From the NCBI GenBank assembly GCA_964016885.1, contig OZ024746.1, positions 47,492,001 to 47,556,000 on the forward strand: a DNA stretch of 64,000 nucleotides, in the 5' to 3' direction. The notes beneath the pieces were generated by a model. It ran no database searches and had not been told where the DNA came from. It was given only the letters and a program-made list of their open reading frames with translations. Every line of letters begins with the position of its first letter. Positions within the stretch are counted from its first letter, which is position 1. This document shows, one piece after another, positions 22,922 through 35,752 of the stretch. Made by a program: the position numbers and the translations under genes. The stretch comes from Eledone cirrhosa (lineage: Eukaryota).

Positions 22922-25044
22922 TTAAATATTTCACTAGTTTGGTGGACACTTGGATGTGCTGGGTGCCATTTTGTAGTAGGAGTTCTAGAAACCAAGTAGG
23001 TGACCAGTTTCAATCCCAGCTTTCTCTGGATATTCATCAGTACAGGACCATTATAAATTGCTGTGGCTTAGGAATGGAGTAGGTCCAAAAGTCTTGATTC
23101 GTGGAAGTGTTTAAGGTAATCTACTTGTGATATTTCCATTGCTGATAGAACTTCTTTGTGTAATGCTCTCTTCAGTTTTTCTTGTGTTATTTTTCTAATT
23201 AAAATTGTTAATTGACAACCTTCTATTTTCCCTTCTTTATAAATCTCAGCTTTCTTGCATAAGCAACCAATATTAGAGGACCAAGGTAATCAAATAAGTG
23301 TTGAAGATGAAGGTAGAAATAGGACAATACAAAACTTACTAATTAGAATGTTTAATGATGGCTATCTTTGATAACAAATGAATTATGACTGTTTAAAATT
23401 TAGGTTGTGATGTATGTATGGTATTATAACAATAACTGTAGGCTTATAAAGGCTGGAGATAAGAGTAATTGTGTATCAGAATTATCCATTATTATATTTT
23501 TTTTGTTTCTGATTCCTTTCATTCTCTTTTTAAACAGCTCATCCATTGTTATATCTAGGCTGACTAGTACTATTTTTGTAATCTTGTTACTAAAATGTTT
23601 GCTTTCAATATTTGAATGGCTAGTATTGTTATTATTATTATTATTATTATTCATGTTTGGCTGCACTAGTGAGGTAAATTATGCGTGATAAAACTAACTT
23701 AGCTAACCTTGTTCTTAAATTTAATTATAGTTCTTTATTTAACTATTGCAAATACATTTAGCCATAACATTTTGATTTGCTTTGGGTTATACTTGTATAG
23801 CTCCATTCAGTCTTGATTAAGTATCCCTATGGCATTTAGGTTGTTTTGAAAACAGTTGAATGTGCTCCAGATATGCCATGGCTCTGCTAAATTAACAACC
23901 AAAGTAATCTCACATTTACTTTGGTTTTATTTGACAGTTTTATGTCACAAGAGTTGATATGTGGTTGGGAAAACCCACCCTTAAAAAAAATAAACCTCAC
24001 AACAGAAATGACTAAGTGACCTGACTTAACCACCTGTTCCCCCCACCTCCACAACCACTCCCCAACAGTTATCTTCAACATTACTACTTCAACCCCATAG
24101 CAGCTGCCCTCCCTCTCCTATGAAGCAGTTGGTGATAGGAAGGACATTCAGCCATGAAGAGCTAAATATACAAAGGGTTGGGAGGACCCTTCAGTCATGT
24201 CAAGGACATGACAGCCTCCTGCGTGTTTGGTGACCTACATGATAAACACACCCAGTATACTATATAAAGTGGTTGATAATAGGAAGGGCACCCAGCCATG
24301 GAAAGCTTGCCAGACAGAGTTGGCAGACCCTTCAGCCATGTCAAGGACATGACAGCCTCCCGAGTGTTGGTGATCTATGCAATAAATGCACCCAGTACAT
24401 ACTGTAAAGTGGTTGGTGATAAGAAGGGCATCCAGCTGTAGAAATCTTGCCAAAAGGGACCACTCTCAGTTGTGTCAAAGACATGACAACCTCTCTAGTG
24501 CATTCGGCAGAGCCAACTTAAGCCTAAACATGACCAGGCACAAAACCATTGAGTCAATGAAAACTTTGTGGTTGCTTGGCTTTCTATTATAGCAACAAAA
24601 TCTCTCTCAAACTCTACAATCTTAAAAAAACGGGACACATTGAATAATGTAGTCCCAGATACACTATTTCTGAAAGCAAGATATTGTCACAGTTGGAAAG
24701 CCTTTGATCATAGGTCTACTTGATCAGAGCTGACCTGGACTAAATAACAACAATGGCAAATATAAAACAGTAAAGTAATGATTTCTAACATAAGTGCAAG
24801 GTCTCTAGGTTTGAGGGAGGGTGTAGTCAATATTATTGACCCTAGGACTTCTCTTTATTGCCCCCCCCCCCCAAAAAAAAAGAAGAAAAACTAAGTCAAC
24901 CAGAGCAGGATTTGAACATAGAACATAAAAGGGCTTAACTACATGCCATGGATCATTTTATGTCACCCACTAAATAATAATACTAATGATAATGTTTTTT
25001 TAATTTATGAGCAAGGCCAGGAATTTTTGAAGGAGAAAGTTCAT

Positions 25045-25330
25045 CATCATCATTTTACGTCTGCTTTTCCCTGCTTGCAAGGGTGGGACGGGTCCTATTC
25101 AGCACAGTATCTCTCCACTTGTCACGGTCCTTCGTCATCTTCTCTTTGAGTTTCAGCGATCTGAGGTCTGCTCTCACCACCTCCGCCCATGTTTTTTGTG
25201 GTTTCCTCTACTGCGTCTTCCTTCTACTGGGATTTCTTGGCACTTCTTTACCCAGCAGTCATCCTCCATATGCATCACATGTCCATACCATCTCAGTCTT
25301 CTCTCCTGCACACCACAACTTATCTCTACT
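25045..25330 (-). mobile_element. RTE LINE 3' fragment
   Basis: Closely similar to 6764-7030. Confidence 0.85.
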
Positions 25331-26447
25331 AAAGTACCAGTCAAATTATCGACCCCGGAAGGATGAAAAGCAAAGTTGACCTCAATGAGATTTGAATTCA
25401 GATTGTAAAGGGCAGTAACTAAATGTTACAAAGCATTTCGTCTGATGCCCTAATGATTCTTCCAATTCACTGCCCTCATAATAATTATAATTGCTTTTAC
25501 TTTTGGCACAAGGCCAGCAATTACCCAGTACATTACTGGTACTTTATTCTATTGACTCCGTAAGGCAAAGTTAACCTCGGCGGAATTTGAACTCAGACCG
25601 TAAAAGGATGTAACTATGCTGGAAAGCATGATATCCAACCCTCTACTGATACTGCCAATCAACCACCTTTCATAATAATTATTATAATAATAAATTTGGG
25701 TGGAAATCAATCTTGCTGTTTATCCTCCTGCGATTGATAAAATAAAATACCAGTCAAGTATTGGTATTAATTTAATTGATTATATACTCCTTTAGAATTT
25801 GTGGCCTTATGCCAATTTAGAAATCATTGGATTTGCAGTATCGGTAGAGGGTTGGACGCCATGCTTTGCAGCATAGAGTTACGGCCCTTTATGATCTGAG
25901 TTCAAATCCCGCCGAGGATGCCTTTCATCCTTACGGGGTCGATAAAATAAAGTACCAGTCACACACTGGGATCGACTTAATCAACTGTCCCCTCCCCTAA
26001 AATTGCTGGCCTTGTGCCTATATAAGAAACTATTATTATTTAACCCTTTAGCATTTACATTACTCTATATTTAAAATTGTATTTTCATGGTAAAGGCTTT
26101 ATCTCGCATAATATCGAATCTATGAGATTTTGATGTTATTTATTTTAAGAACAATACCTTAATATCAGTATGAGTGGCCATTTACAGTCAGTTTGAACAG
26201 AAAGAGGTGACAGAATTCTGGCTGGATATGGCCAGTTTAAATGTTAGAGGGTTAAGGGTGGTGGATTGGCAGTATCGGTAGAATATCAGACAAAATTCTT
26301 TGTGGTATTTACTTAGAAATTTCTATATTCTGTGTTCAAATCCTGCCGAGGTCAACTTTACCTTTCATCCATCTGGAATCAATATAATTAACTTTCCCTT
26401 TCCCTCCAAGTTACTGGCTTTGTGCCAATGTTAAGAAGAATTGTATT
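25331..26447. mobile_element. Cluster of about five same-family SINEs in both orientations, around a MITE
   Basis: Copies at ~25331-25478 (-), 25495-25670 (-), 25720-25826 (+), 25827-26035 (+) and 26257-26447 (+) share the GAGTTCAAAT / CCTTTCATCC core. Confidence 0.8.
26044..26251 (+). mobile_element. piggyBac-type MITE family A
   Basis: TTAA flanks, CCCTTTAGCATTTA TIR, and internal homology to 83-300. Confidence 0.85.
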
Positions 26448-26850
26448 GCTACTAATAATTTGCTTTTATACCTGTAAGTAATACAATCAAGCAGACTAAT
26501 AATAAATAAGATTGTCAAAAAATGAAATATGGAATTTTCTTGTGGAAATTTCCAAAACACTGAATGTTAATTTATGAAAGGTTTTTATTTCAAGTGTTGC
26601 TGCCACTGCTGCTGTTGTTAAAATTGGATGTGGGCTATAATTAGAAAACTTGTTAAATGTATCTTGCTATAGTTTTCTTATTCATTTATTCAGTATTATT
26701 GTTGTGGCAGAGCCAATAAACCTTTCAGTAAAAACTTACATTGCTCAGTAACAGGTCCTTCTCAAAACAGCTGTCTACTAAAATAACAATAACTTCTAAC
26801 ATAGGCACAAGGCCATATATTTTAAGGGTCAGGTTGGTTTAGTTGATTAA

Positions 26851-27118
26851 TCCTTTTGATACCAAACTACCAGAACTTATGTTTATATTTTATCTAAAAC
26901 AGTGTTTATATTTTATCTAAAAAAAAAAAAAACAAAAAAAAAAAACATACCTTCCACCAATAATTCTATTTCAGAATTTTTGTTATATGATACTTCAACA
27001 ACCAGCTTAATAATGAGAAAATTAATTATATTGCTAAATCTCCCCAGATTATTGATTATTTTCAAAATTATTTGCAAACTGTAAGCAGTTTTTCATTAGA
27101 AATATTGTAATGAAAGGG
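26851..27118 (+). mobile_element. TTAA-flanked MITE family B (further copies ~39310-39723 + and ~28940-29040 -)
   Basis: TTAA-YCYTTTGATACCAA...TTCATTAGAAATAT...GAAAGGG-TTAA. Both ends recur at 39310-39723; the 28940-29040 copy shares the TTTTGATACCAA end. Confidence 0.6.
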
Positions 27119-27122
27119 TTAA

Positions 27123-27340
27123 CCCTTTAGCATTTAAACCATCCGTATCCAGCCAGGATTATCTCACCTCCTTCTGTTCAAACCAGCTGTAACAGGGCTG
27201 CTCATGCAGATGGTAAGGTATTGTTCTCAAAATAATATCAAAATCTCCTAGATTCAATATTATGTGAGATAATTATGTGAGGTAAAGCCTTTACTGTGAA
27301 AATATAATAGTAAATATAGAGTAATGTAAATGCTAAAGAG
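27123..27340 (-). mobile_element. piggyBac-type MITE family A
   Basis: TTAA flanks; shares its left TTAA with a family-B element. Confidence 0.85.
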
Positions 27341-27446
27341 TTAATTCAACTCCAATATTTTGTTTTAAAAACCCAGAAAGAATAAAAAGTCAAGTTGAGC
27401 CCAAGGTGTGATTTAAACTTGGGATAAAGCTAAATCTGTTAAAGTA

Positions 27447-27613
27447 CCGTATTTCCCGGCGCCAAAGATGCTTCGTCCTCGAGGACGCATCCTAATTTTG
27501 ACAACCAAAAATTTGAAAAAAATAATAAACAACCTTTGCCCTCCAGGACGCATGGTAGATTTTTGAGACTTATTTTATGAAAAAAGTAGCGTCTTCGATG
27601 CCCGGAAATATGG
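27447..27613. mobile_element. Tc1/mariner (pogo/Tc2-like) MITE
   Basis: TA-CCGTATTTCCCGGC...GCCCGGAAATATGG-TA, with a ~26-bp imperfect TIR and TA duplication. Confidence 0.75.
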
Positions 27614-28025
27614 TAATTTGACTAACACTCTTCTGATTTTACTTTCCACTGTATTCTATTTGAATTTGTATGAAACCAGTTTAGTTAGTATAATTTATTG
27701 AGTCAGATACACTAAATTACTAAAATTTAATATGTTTAATTTCACAAAAAATACAAAACATAAATTGACTGCATCTGAACATAAATTGACTGGATCAGAA
27801 TGTATTTGGTTTAATTCTCAGTTAACCACACTAAACTCCACCATTGTAGTGAAATAATAATTTCTTACATATGCTGCACAAAACATTGTGTGGAGGCATT
27901 TAATTTGTTGATATTCTATTGACCAAGATTGGGAAACCCTTTTTTTGTAGGAGAAATTTTACCTGCATTCTCATTTTTAAATTCCCACTGTCAAAGTCTT
28001 GATACGTATGAAATAAACAGATTAT

Positions 28026-28239
28026 CCCTTTACCATTTACATTACTCTATATTTACTATAGTATTTTCGTAGTAAAGGCTTTATCTCACATAATTATCCC
28101 ACATAATATCGAATCTACGAGATTTTGATATTATTTATTTTGAGAACATTACCTTAACATAAGTATGATCAACTGGTTATGGCCAGTTTGAACAGAAAGA
28201 GGTGAGAGAATTCTGGCTGGATACAGCTGGTTTAAAGGG
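28026..28239 (+). mobile_element. piggyBac-type MITE family A
   Basis: Homologous to 83-300; the right TIR is partly deleted. Confidence 0.8.
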
Positions 28240-28740
28240 TTAAGCTTTAATTTCTATAAGTTGCAGACCTATGAATTTGTAAAATAAAGCATTCATTATT
28301 TTTCTCAGAAAAAATACACTTTTTTGTTTCTTATGCATTTGTAATTTACCCCTGGTACTTAAGTTTCTTTACCTCAGTTTTATTTACTAACTATTCTCTC
28401 TATATAATTCCAAGCTTCTGGTTCCTCTCATAATGTAGTTGGTTCCCATGCATATAATGTGATTGTTTTTTCCTCAAACTGGACCTGAATGTTTCTCATA
28501 TGGTATGGTTGTCACTTCCCACACTTTGGCTATATAATCTATATACTACTGCAGTTAGTAGATTGAAGGACATGCAACCACAAATATTTCATTCTAGTTA
28601 CATACACTCCCATTAGACTTACATACCTTCTACCCTTAAACATTTACAACCCGCACTACCAAACACTTCATTTCATGCTTGTAGATATAACTGAACAGTT
28701 ATGGACTTGTTCTTTTCTAAAATTATTATTTTATTACTTA

Positions 28741-28930
28741 GGCGATGAATTGGCAGTATCGGTAGAGGGTTGGATGCCATGCTTTCTAGCATAGTTACGT
28801 CCCTTTACGGTCTGAGTTCAAATCCCTCCAAGGTTAACTTTGCCTTTCATCCTTACGGGGTCGATAAAATAAAGTACCAGTAATGTACTGGGTAATTGAT
28901 GGCCTTGTGCCTAAAGTAGAAACAATTATT
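28741..28930 (+). mobile_element. tRNA-derived SINE
   Basis: Full-length copy of the 4033-4195 family with an (ATT)-rich tail. Confidence 0.85.
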
Positions 28931-29802
28931 TTATTATATAAAACCATGTTAGATTTTAATTTAAATAAGAACCCTTTAAAATGGATGGTTTTTATTTCAT
29001 AGAACCAGGACTGGTTTTAGTTGGGTTGGTATCAAAAAGGTTATATCACTAACAAGCATTAAATCACCATCCTAGCAGTAGCTGTTATTGTTCCTGAAGT
29101 CATTTTAAAATCAAACAGGATGTTAGTTGCTTTTTCCATTCATTTGAAAAATATCTCTTTCCCCAAATTATTTATTTTGTTGTTAAAGCTGATAGCAACA
29201 TGGCTAGCTGATCAAAACAAACCTCCATGAAATGCTGCAATAGTTATTTCCATAGTTACCAAGTGTTATAGTTGGTAATTACTCTCTCTTAGTCTGTATA
29301 GACATTTCCATAATACTGAAAACCTGATGCTTTTCACTGAAAGCTTTTATCCCATGCATAAATAAACTTCAATATTTATCATTTTCTTTTTTGTTTAAAA
29401 CCACCTTCATGAAATCAGATGAATAAAATTCATCCTTTGTAGCTATGTTCTTATTTCATTCTATCTTCTGTTTCTTTTTTTTTTTTTTTTTTTGTTTGTT
29501 AGTTTATTCATTGACTTTCAGAAATATAGACATGCATCATGATGTGTGTCTATATGAGCTTAAGAATGTAAATTGTAATAAACAGTGCCATAAAATGAGT
29601 TATCATTGTTTGTCAGATTGATTATCTCTTCAAAAGACAAGCTTATAAAAATGTTTCTATATTATATTATCATGGAACTAAATTCCTGTTCATAGGTTTT
29701 ACATATGCTTGGGTTCTGCTTTACTATTTTATCAAGTTACTTCAATCCACCAAGACAAACAATGTATGAAGCTGAATTTTCGGCTATTAAATGCTGAAAA
29801 GA

Positions 29803-29839
<37 letters not shown>

Positions 29840-30024
29840 TATTATTATTATTAAAAGATCTGAGGCCATAATTAGTTGATTCAGGTTTATTTAAAATACT
29901 GTCAACTGATTATGGCCTGCGATCTTTTAATAATATATAATGTTCCAACTTGCACCATTTATACAGGTCATTTACTACTTTTTATCTGCTTCACAACCGT
30001 CAGATCATAATGTGGTCTGCACAT

Positions 30025-30063
<39 letters not shown>

Positions 30064-30205
30064 TTATAAGTATAAAGAATGATGTGCTCAATGCAGAGAT
30101 GCTTTAAAATATAACTTATAAAATAGGATAAAGACCCTTAATAGGCAGAAAAAGAAGTTGCCAATGGGCTATGACAGCCGATGGCAACTTCTTTTTCCGT
30201 CTGTA

Positions 30206-30246
<41 letters not shown>

Positions 30247-30689
30247 ATACACGCACACACACATGCCACTCAGTCCAGGAATCGAACCAACAACATGATT
30301 GTTAGTTCAACACCCTAACATTCAGCCACACATTCATGCATACACACGATTCATAAAGATCTTTAAACCATGTGAGTGTGTGTCATCATCATCATCATCA
30401 TCATCATTTTACGTCCGCTTTTTCATGCTTGCAAGGGTGGGACGGGAACTGATTCTGGCTGTGTGTATGTATATATATATAATGTTTATCTCTTTAAGTA
30501 TACCTTCATCCTACATATATATTAGTTGGTGATTAATTGAAAGTTATTTCACACATGGCAAAGTTAGATAATTTATCATTTGAGATAAAAAAAACTAAGT
30601 GTTTACATTTTATATCTGTTTGAATATTATATCCTGTTTGATTTTTCCTTTTCTCTCTCTCTATACATACATACGTACATATATACACA

Positions 30690-31208
30690 CTGGGGGTGGG
30701 TGTCAAATAGTTAAAGGAAAAAGTATTTAGCTAAAAATCAAATGCAGAGATTTTGATCTCAATTTACCTTTACGTTCTTGTATTAATGTGTCATAGCATG
30801 TTCTGACGTGAACACTTAAATGCATGTTGCAAAATCAGCACCTGCTCGAGCAACATGACCTCCATCAAAACATTAAATTCATGGTGAAGCTAGGGTGGAA
30901 GAGCAGTCAAATCATTGATGTTTTGGAGCAAGTTTATGGGGACAATGTCTCAAAGAAATCAACAATCAACAAATGGATATGTTGTTTTAGAATTGGAAGA
31001 GATGAGGTTTAAGATGTAAAAAAAAAAAAGCTGCCTTGACATGGTTTAATTGCATGGCCCTCAGTTTTACACAGATGAACTTAAAGGCTGGTATCAACAC
31101 ATGCAGAAGTGTATTGACCTAGGTGGAGTATAAGTTGAAAAATAAACATCATAACTTAAACTGTTTTTTCCAACTGTCTCTTTTCCACAACCTTTTGAAG
31201 CCCCCTCA
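30690..31208 (+). mobile_element. Internally deleted mariner transposon (Hsmar2/irritans-like)
   Basis: N-terminal NIKFMVKLGWKSSQIIDVLEQVYGDNVSKKSTINKWICCFRIGRDEV is joined to a frameshifted C-terminal ..LKGWYQHMQKCIDLGGV*VEK*. Right TIR TTTTCCACAACCTTTTGAAGCCCCCTCA-TA; the left TIR is degenerate. Confidence 0.82.
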
Positions 31209-31331
31209 TATATATATCAATGAGTCAGAACCCTGCCATTTCAACAGCTAGTTCCAGACAGCTGTTGAAATGGCAAGAGCTTAGCCATTGGGGTCCTTAC
31301 TCATTGTTTTACATCCACTTTCCATGCTGAC

Positions 31332-31380
<49 letters not shown>

Positions 31381-31767
31381 CAATAGCATTTAATGTCTAT
31401 TTTCCATGCCTACATAGGTTAGATGTGTTATCACTTTATGAGGCTAGACAGGTCAGGTAACACATCTTGCTCATAGGATCCGTTTCAGCTTGGTTTTCTA
31501 TGGCTGGATGATAATGCCAACCACATTACATGTGGTAGGAGCTTTTTGCATAGCACCAGCACCACCTTACAGGGTGGACTAAGTATTTTTTTGTCATAGA
31601 ACCAGCATTATAGGAGAACAAGGGATGTGTTAGTAGTGGTGGTCTTGAAGAGTGAGTTATGCTTGACATTGTGAAATGTCTCTGGTTTTCCATGCATGCA
31701 TGGGTTGGAAAGGAAAAGTATATCAGGGATCTTACAGAAGATAGGGAGCATATCTTGTGTATGTGAG

Positions 31768-31798
<31 letters not shown>

Positions 31799-34205
31799 CT
31801 CATCATCATTTTAACGTTTGCTTTCCCTGCTAGTAAGGGTTGAACTATATATATATTCCAAAAGGACAAACAAATTAGATGGTTATTGGGAGGTGGATGT
31901 GGGTAGGATATATATATATATATATATATAGGGAAAGAGTCAACACTCCGACGGCTGAGCTCTCCGTTCGGATCTAGCTGTCAACACGGCCGGAGCTCAG
32001 CGGTCGGGTTCCTGACTCTTTTTCCTATTACACACTCTACTACCCTAAGTATTGAGTACTCTGGTGCGTTATGGTCCACCTGGTATCTTACCACACCCTC
32101 TTTGTTATATATATATATATAAAAGAGAGAGAGAGTCGGTGGTGCTGAAACCAGGAAGACCACTAATCATGGGAGTGGAGTACTCAATGTATGGGGAGAT
32201 GTAGAGTGGGTATAAAGATATGTAAAATCCTGATCACAGCACCAAACCGGAACTGCTTTGGTGCTGCGGTCGTGAATTTATCTCTCTATCTCTCTCTAAT
32301 GTGGTTAAAGCGATGGATTACTAATCAATTGGAGACTTACGGCTTCAGTTTGAGCCTCATCTTCGTCAAAGCTGTTATCGTCTAACCCATGCTAGCATGG
32401 AAAAATGGCCGTAAAATGATGATATATATATAAATAGGAAAATAGTTCAAGCTTTGTCTAGCCAGTATTGTCTTTCTCAAGTGATTTAGATTTTTCTATC
32501 TACTGATTGACAATTTGAATTGCTTCCAACATTGCTTCTGTCAAACAACAATTATTTTTACACTTTAAAAATAAATCTGTTACTTTTATGTCTGTGTTTA
32601 TGTCTGAATCTGCCTATAAAACCTTTCAAGTAGCTATAGATATTGCATCAGCTGCGCAGTTGATTATATGATATCCATCCATAAAAAAACACTTTTTTCT
32701 TAGTTATATTTTTTATGCCTTGCAAAATCTGTGTATAGTTTTATTCATTGTTTGAATTTGTTGGAAAATTTAAACAGAATAAGTTATATATAATCCATAT
32801 GCCAGATATATTCATGAAATTATGATTTTGTGTTATGGAAGAAGGGACATGTGAAGTACCTTGAATATACTTCTTTTTTACTGTTTAGTCAGGGAAATAC
32901 AGTGTGTCTGGGATTGATGGGATGAAATAAGGTATCCTTAAACCAAATGTCTGAAGCAGAGTGGACACTACTAAAGACATTCAAAAGCCATGTGAGGGTG
33001 TTCAACTGGATAACATTAAAGTCTACCACCCATGTAGGCTACAGCAGTATTTTAAACTCAAAATGCAAAGAACTAGAAGAAATACTGCAACACATCTTTT
33101 CCACCAATCCACCATCTTGGACAGCAACTTTGTTTTATCAATTTTGGTGGAATTTGAACACAGAATGAGAGAGATAAGGATTCCTCCAAACCTTTGTGAT
33201 GTGGTAGCAAATGTTTATTGTGCCTTACTACTGTTGAAGATATCAACCACATACATCATCATCATTTGCTCTAAAATATCAATAAAGTATTCTCTTCCCA
33301 TGAAACACAACATAATTATAAAAACTATGGGTTCTTTTACAGAGAGATGAACAAATATCACAAGTCATTTTATTTTATGCTCTGTGTTGTGATTTGCTAT
33401 TGCCTTTTAAAAGGATCTTATTGTAGATAGTTCTCATACGATTTCCTCAAAGGAAATAAGTACTTTGCTGATATTTGTTGTTGTTGTTGTTTTTCCTCTT
33501 TAAGTTGTTTTACATGTTCTGCATCAGTTTGACTTAACTAACATATGTTGTTGTTTAGCCCCAGGTCAGTCATGATTGAACAGACTTATGATCAAAGGCA
33601 TTCCAACCATGGCCATTCTTTCTTTTTAGTGACGTGGAATGGATATCTATTGGTTTTGATGATGTGTTCCATTTATTTTATCAATGGAGCAGACTACTCA
33701 GAAAATTGTGTAAAGGATTGAGCATTTCACAGACATGTGAGCCCTTCACTTAATATTCTGGGAGATTCAGCATGACACGCTGTGGGACCTGGCTGGTCCT
33801 ATGAATTACAAGGGCACAGTCCATGTAATGAGTTTCTAAACAGTTTTCATCTTCACTCACAAGGCATAGGTCCATGAAAGGAGTTTCTAAACAGTTTCCA
33901 TCTTCCCAATTTCACTCACAAGGCATAGGTCCATGCAAGGCTATATTAAATGACACTTTCCCAAGATGCCATACAGTGGGATGAGACCCAGTACCTAATA
34001 ATTGCGAAGCAAACTTCTTAACAGTTCAAACATGCTGCATCCACTTTTACTGGTATGTAGGACTACATTATCTGTGATCTTTTCCATATTTAATATAGTA
34101 ATGGTGCAATTTGAGGGAAATTTGGTCACCATATTTTGTAGGTTGATTGATTGATGTAGAGGCTTGTCTAACATCTGTTATATCCTTGTGGTGCAAATGT
34201 TATCA

Positions 34206-34237
<32 letters not shown>

Positions 34238-35564
34238 CTTTGAAGGTATATCTTTCACATTAAGTGATGTAGAAAGCAGGAAATGCTACTTTATCTTCTC
34301 ACTATGTCCTTATTGTTATCTGATTTCCTGGAGAGTTAAGTGATACTGTGATAGTTAAGTGATGGTATGATAGTTAAATGAAGAGCGGCGTAATGGTTAA
34401 GAGTGATGTGATAGCTAAATAAATTATTTTTGATGCTTTGAAACATTAAAATATTACAGTGAAAAAAATAAAACATTTTTGGACTAATATTTTTCTGTCA
34501 AGTATAGGAAATAACTCTGAACATTCAGTTATTGCTCATCATATCCAGCTGAAGTATGTTATATTTATAATCAATGTTAGCAATAAGTATACATAATGTT
34601 TGTGTGATTGTGTGTGTGTGTGTGTGTGTAAAAGTGTTGACATCAGGAAAGGCACCGAGTCATTAAAAAATGCCTCAGTATGTCCCATCCAACCCATGCC
34701 AGAATGGAAAAGTAGACATAAAAATGATGATTATGTATAATTATGATGAATATATGACAAAGAAGTGTTTCAATTTTTCATAATTAAGGAGTACATTACA
34801 TATAATTAATAACATTTACATTGGCTAATGTATTTTTTTTTGCTGGAACTTCAAAAAAAGGGATGTGGTGAAAAACGAAAAACAGTTGGTGGCTAATAGT
34901 TTTATAGACAAGTACAGTAGTTAATTTCAGTCATTTCACTCACATACAATAGTTAATTGATTTCATGATCAAAAGTATCTTTGTTTGGGTAATTTGTCTT
35001 ATTGATTTCAGGAATTGGTAAGTGGAAATGTTGGAGTTCATACCTTGCCTAAAACCATTAATAAAGAGTTATAATCAGGAATCAAATGTGAGTTACTATG
35101 TAGCTTACCATATATTCGGAGTATATATGGTAATTTCATCTTCTAGCTGACTATACATTAAATCTTTAGGAATATTCTCATTAGCCAATCATCAAATATG
35201 ACTTTGTCATCTTAGATATTGTTTGCTCAGAATATGGAATATATTAGTAGAATGTTCTTTTTCTCATATTTTAGTCTTGAGAATCCTGTCACTCTGATAG
35301 ATCTTCTGGATACATATTGGGAGATTTAGCATATTATCGAGTCAATGATATTGTTGGAAATCTGAAGTTAACAACTATCTCTGTGATTTATTTTTCAGTG
35401 TTGATCAGCAAATAATTTCTAAATAGTTTTTTATATAAATAGTTTAGTTTTAAGCTTATAATTTTAAGTTTTTACAAGTCATTGTTCTTTTACCTTAATC
35501 AGATTAACCAATGTTTTGTATATCTCTACAGATGCCATAGTGATATCATCATTGTTAAAACAAC

Positions 35565-35752
35565 AATAATTGTTTCTACTTTAGGCACAAGGCCAGCAAT
35601 TACCCAGTGCATTACTGGTACTTTATTTTATCGACCCCCGTAAGGATGAAAGACAAAGTCAACCTCGGCGGGATTTGAACTCAGATCGTAAAGGGACGTA
35701 ACTATGCTGGAAAGCATGGCGTCCGACCCTCTACCGATACTGCCAATCCACC
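35565..35752 (-). mobile_element. tRNA-derived SINE
   Basis: Well-preserved reverse copy of the same family. Confidence 0.85.

Noticed and set aside
32299-32330. Possible WDFY exon 2 (MWLKRW)
   Set aside because: No acceptor AG in the right place and the following residues do not match.
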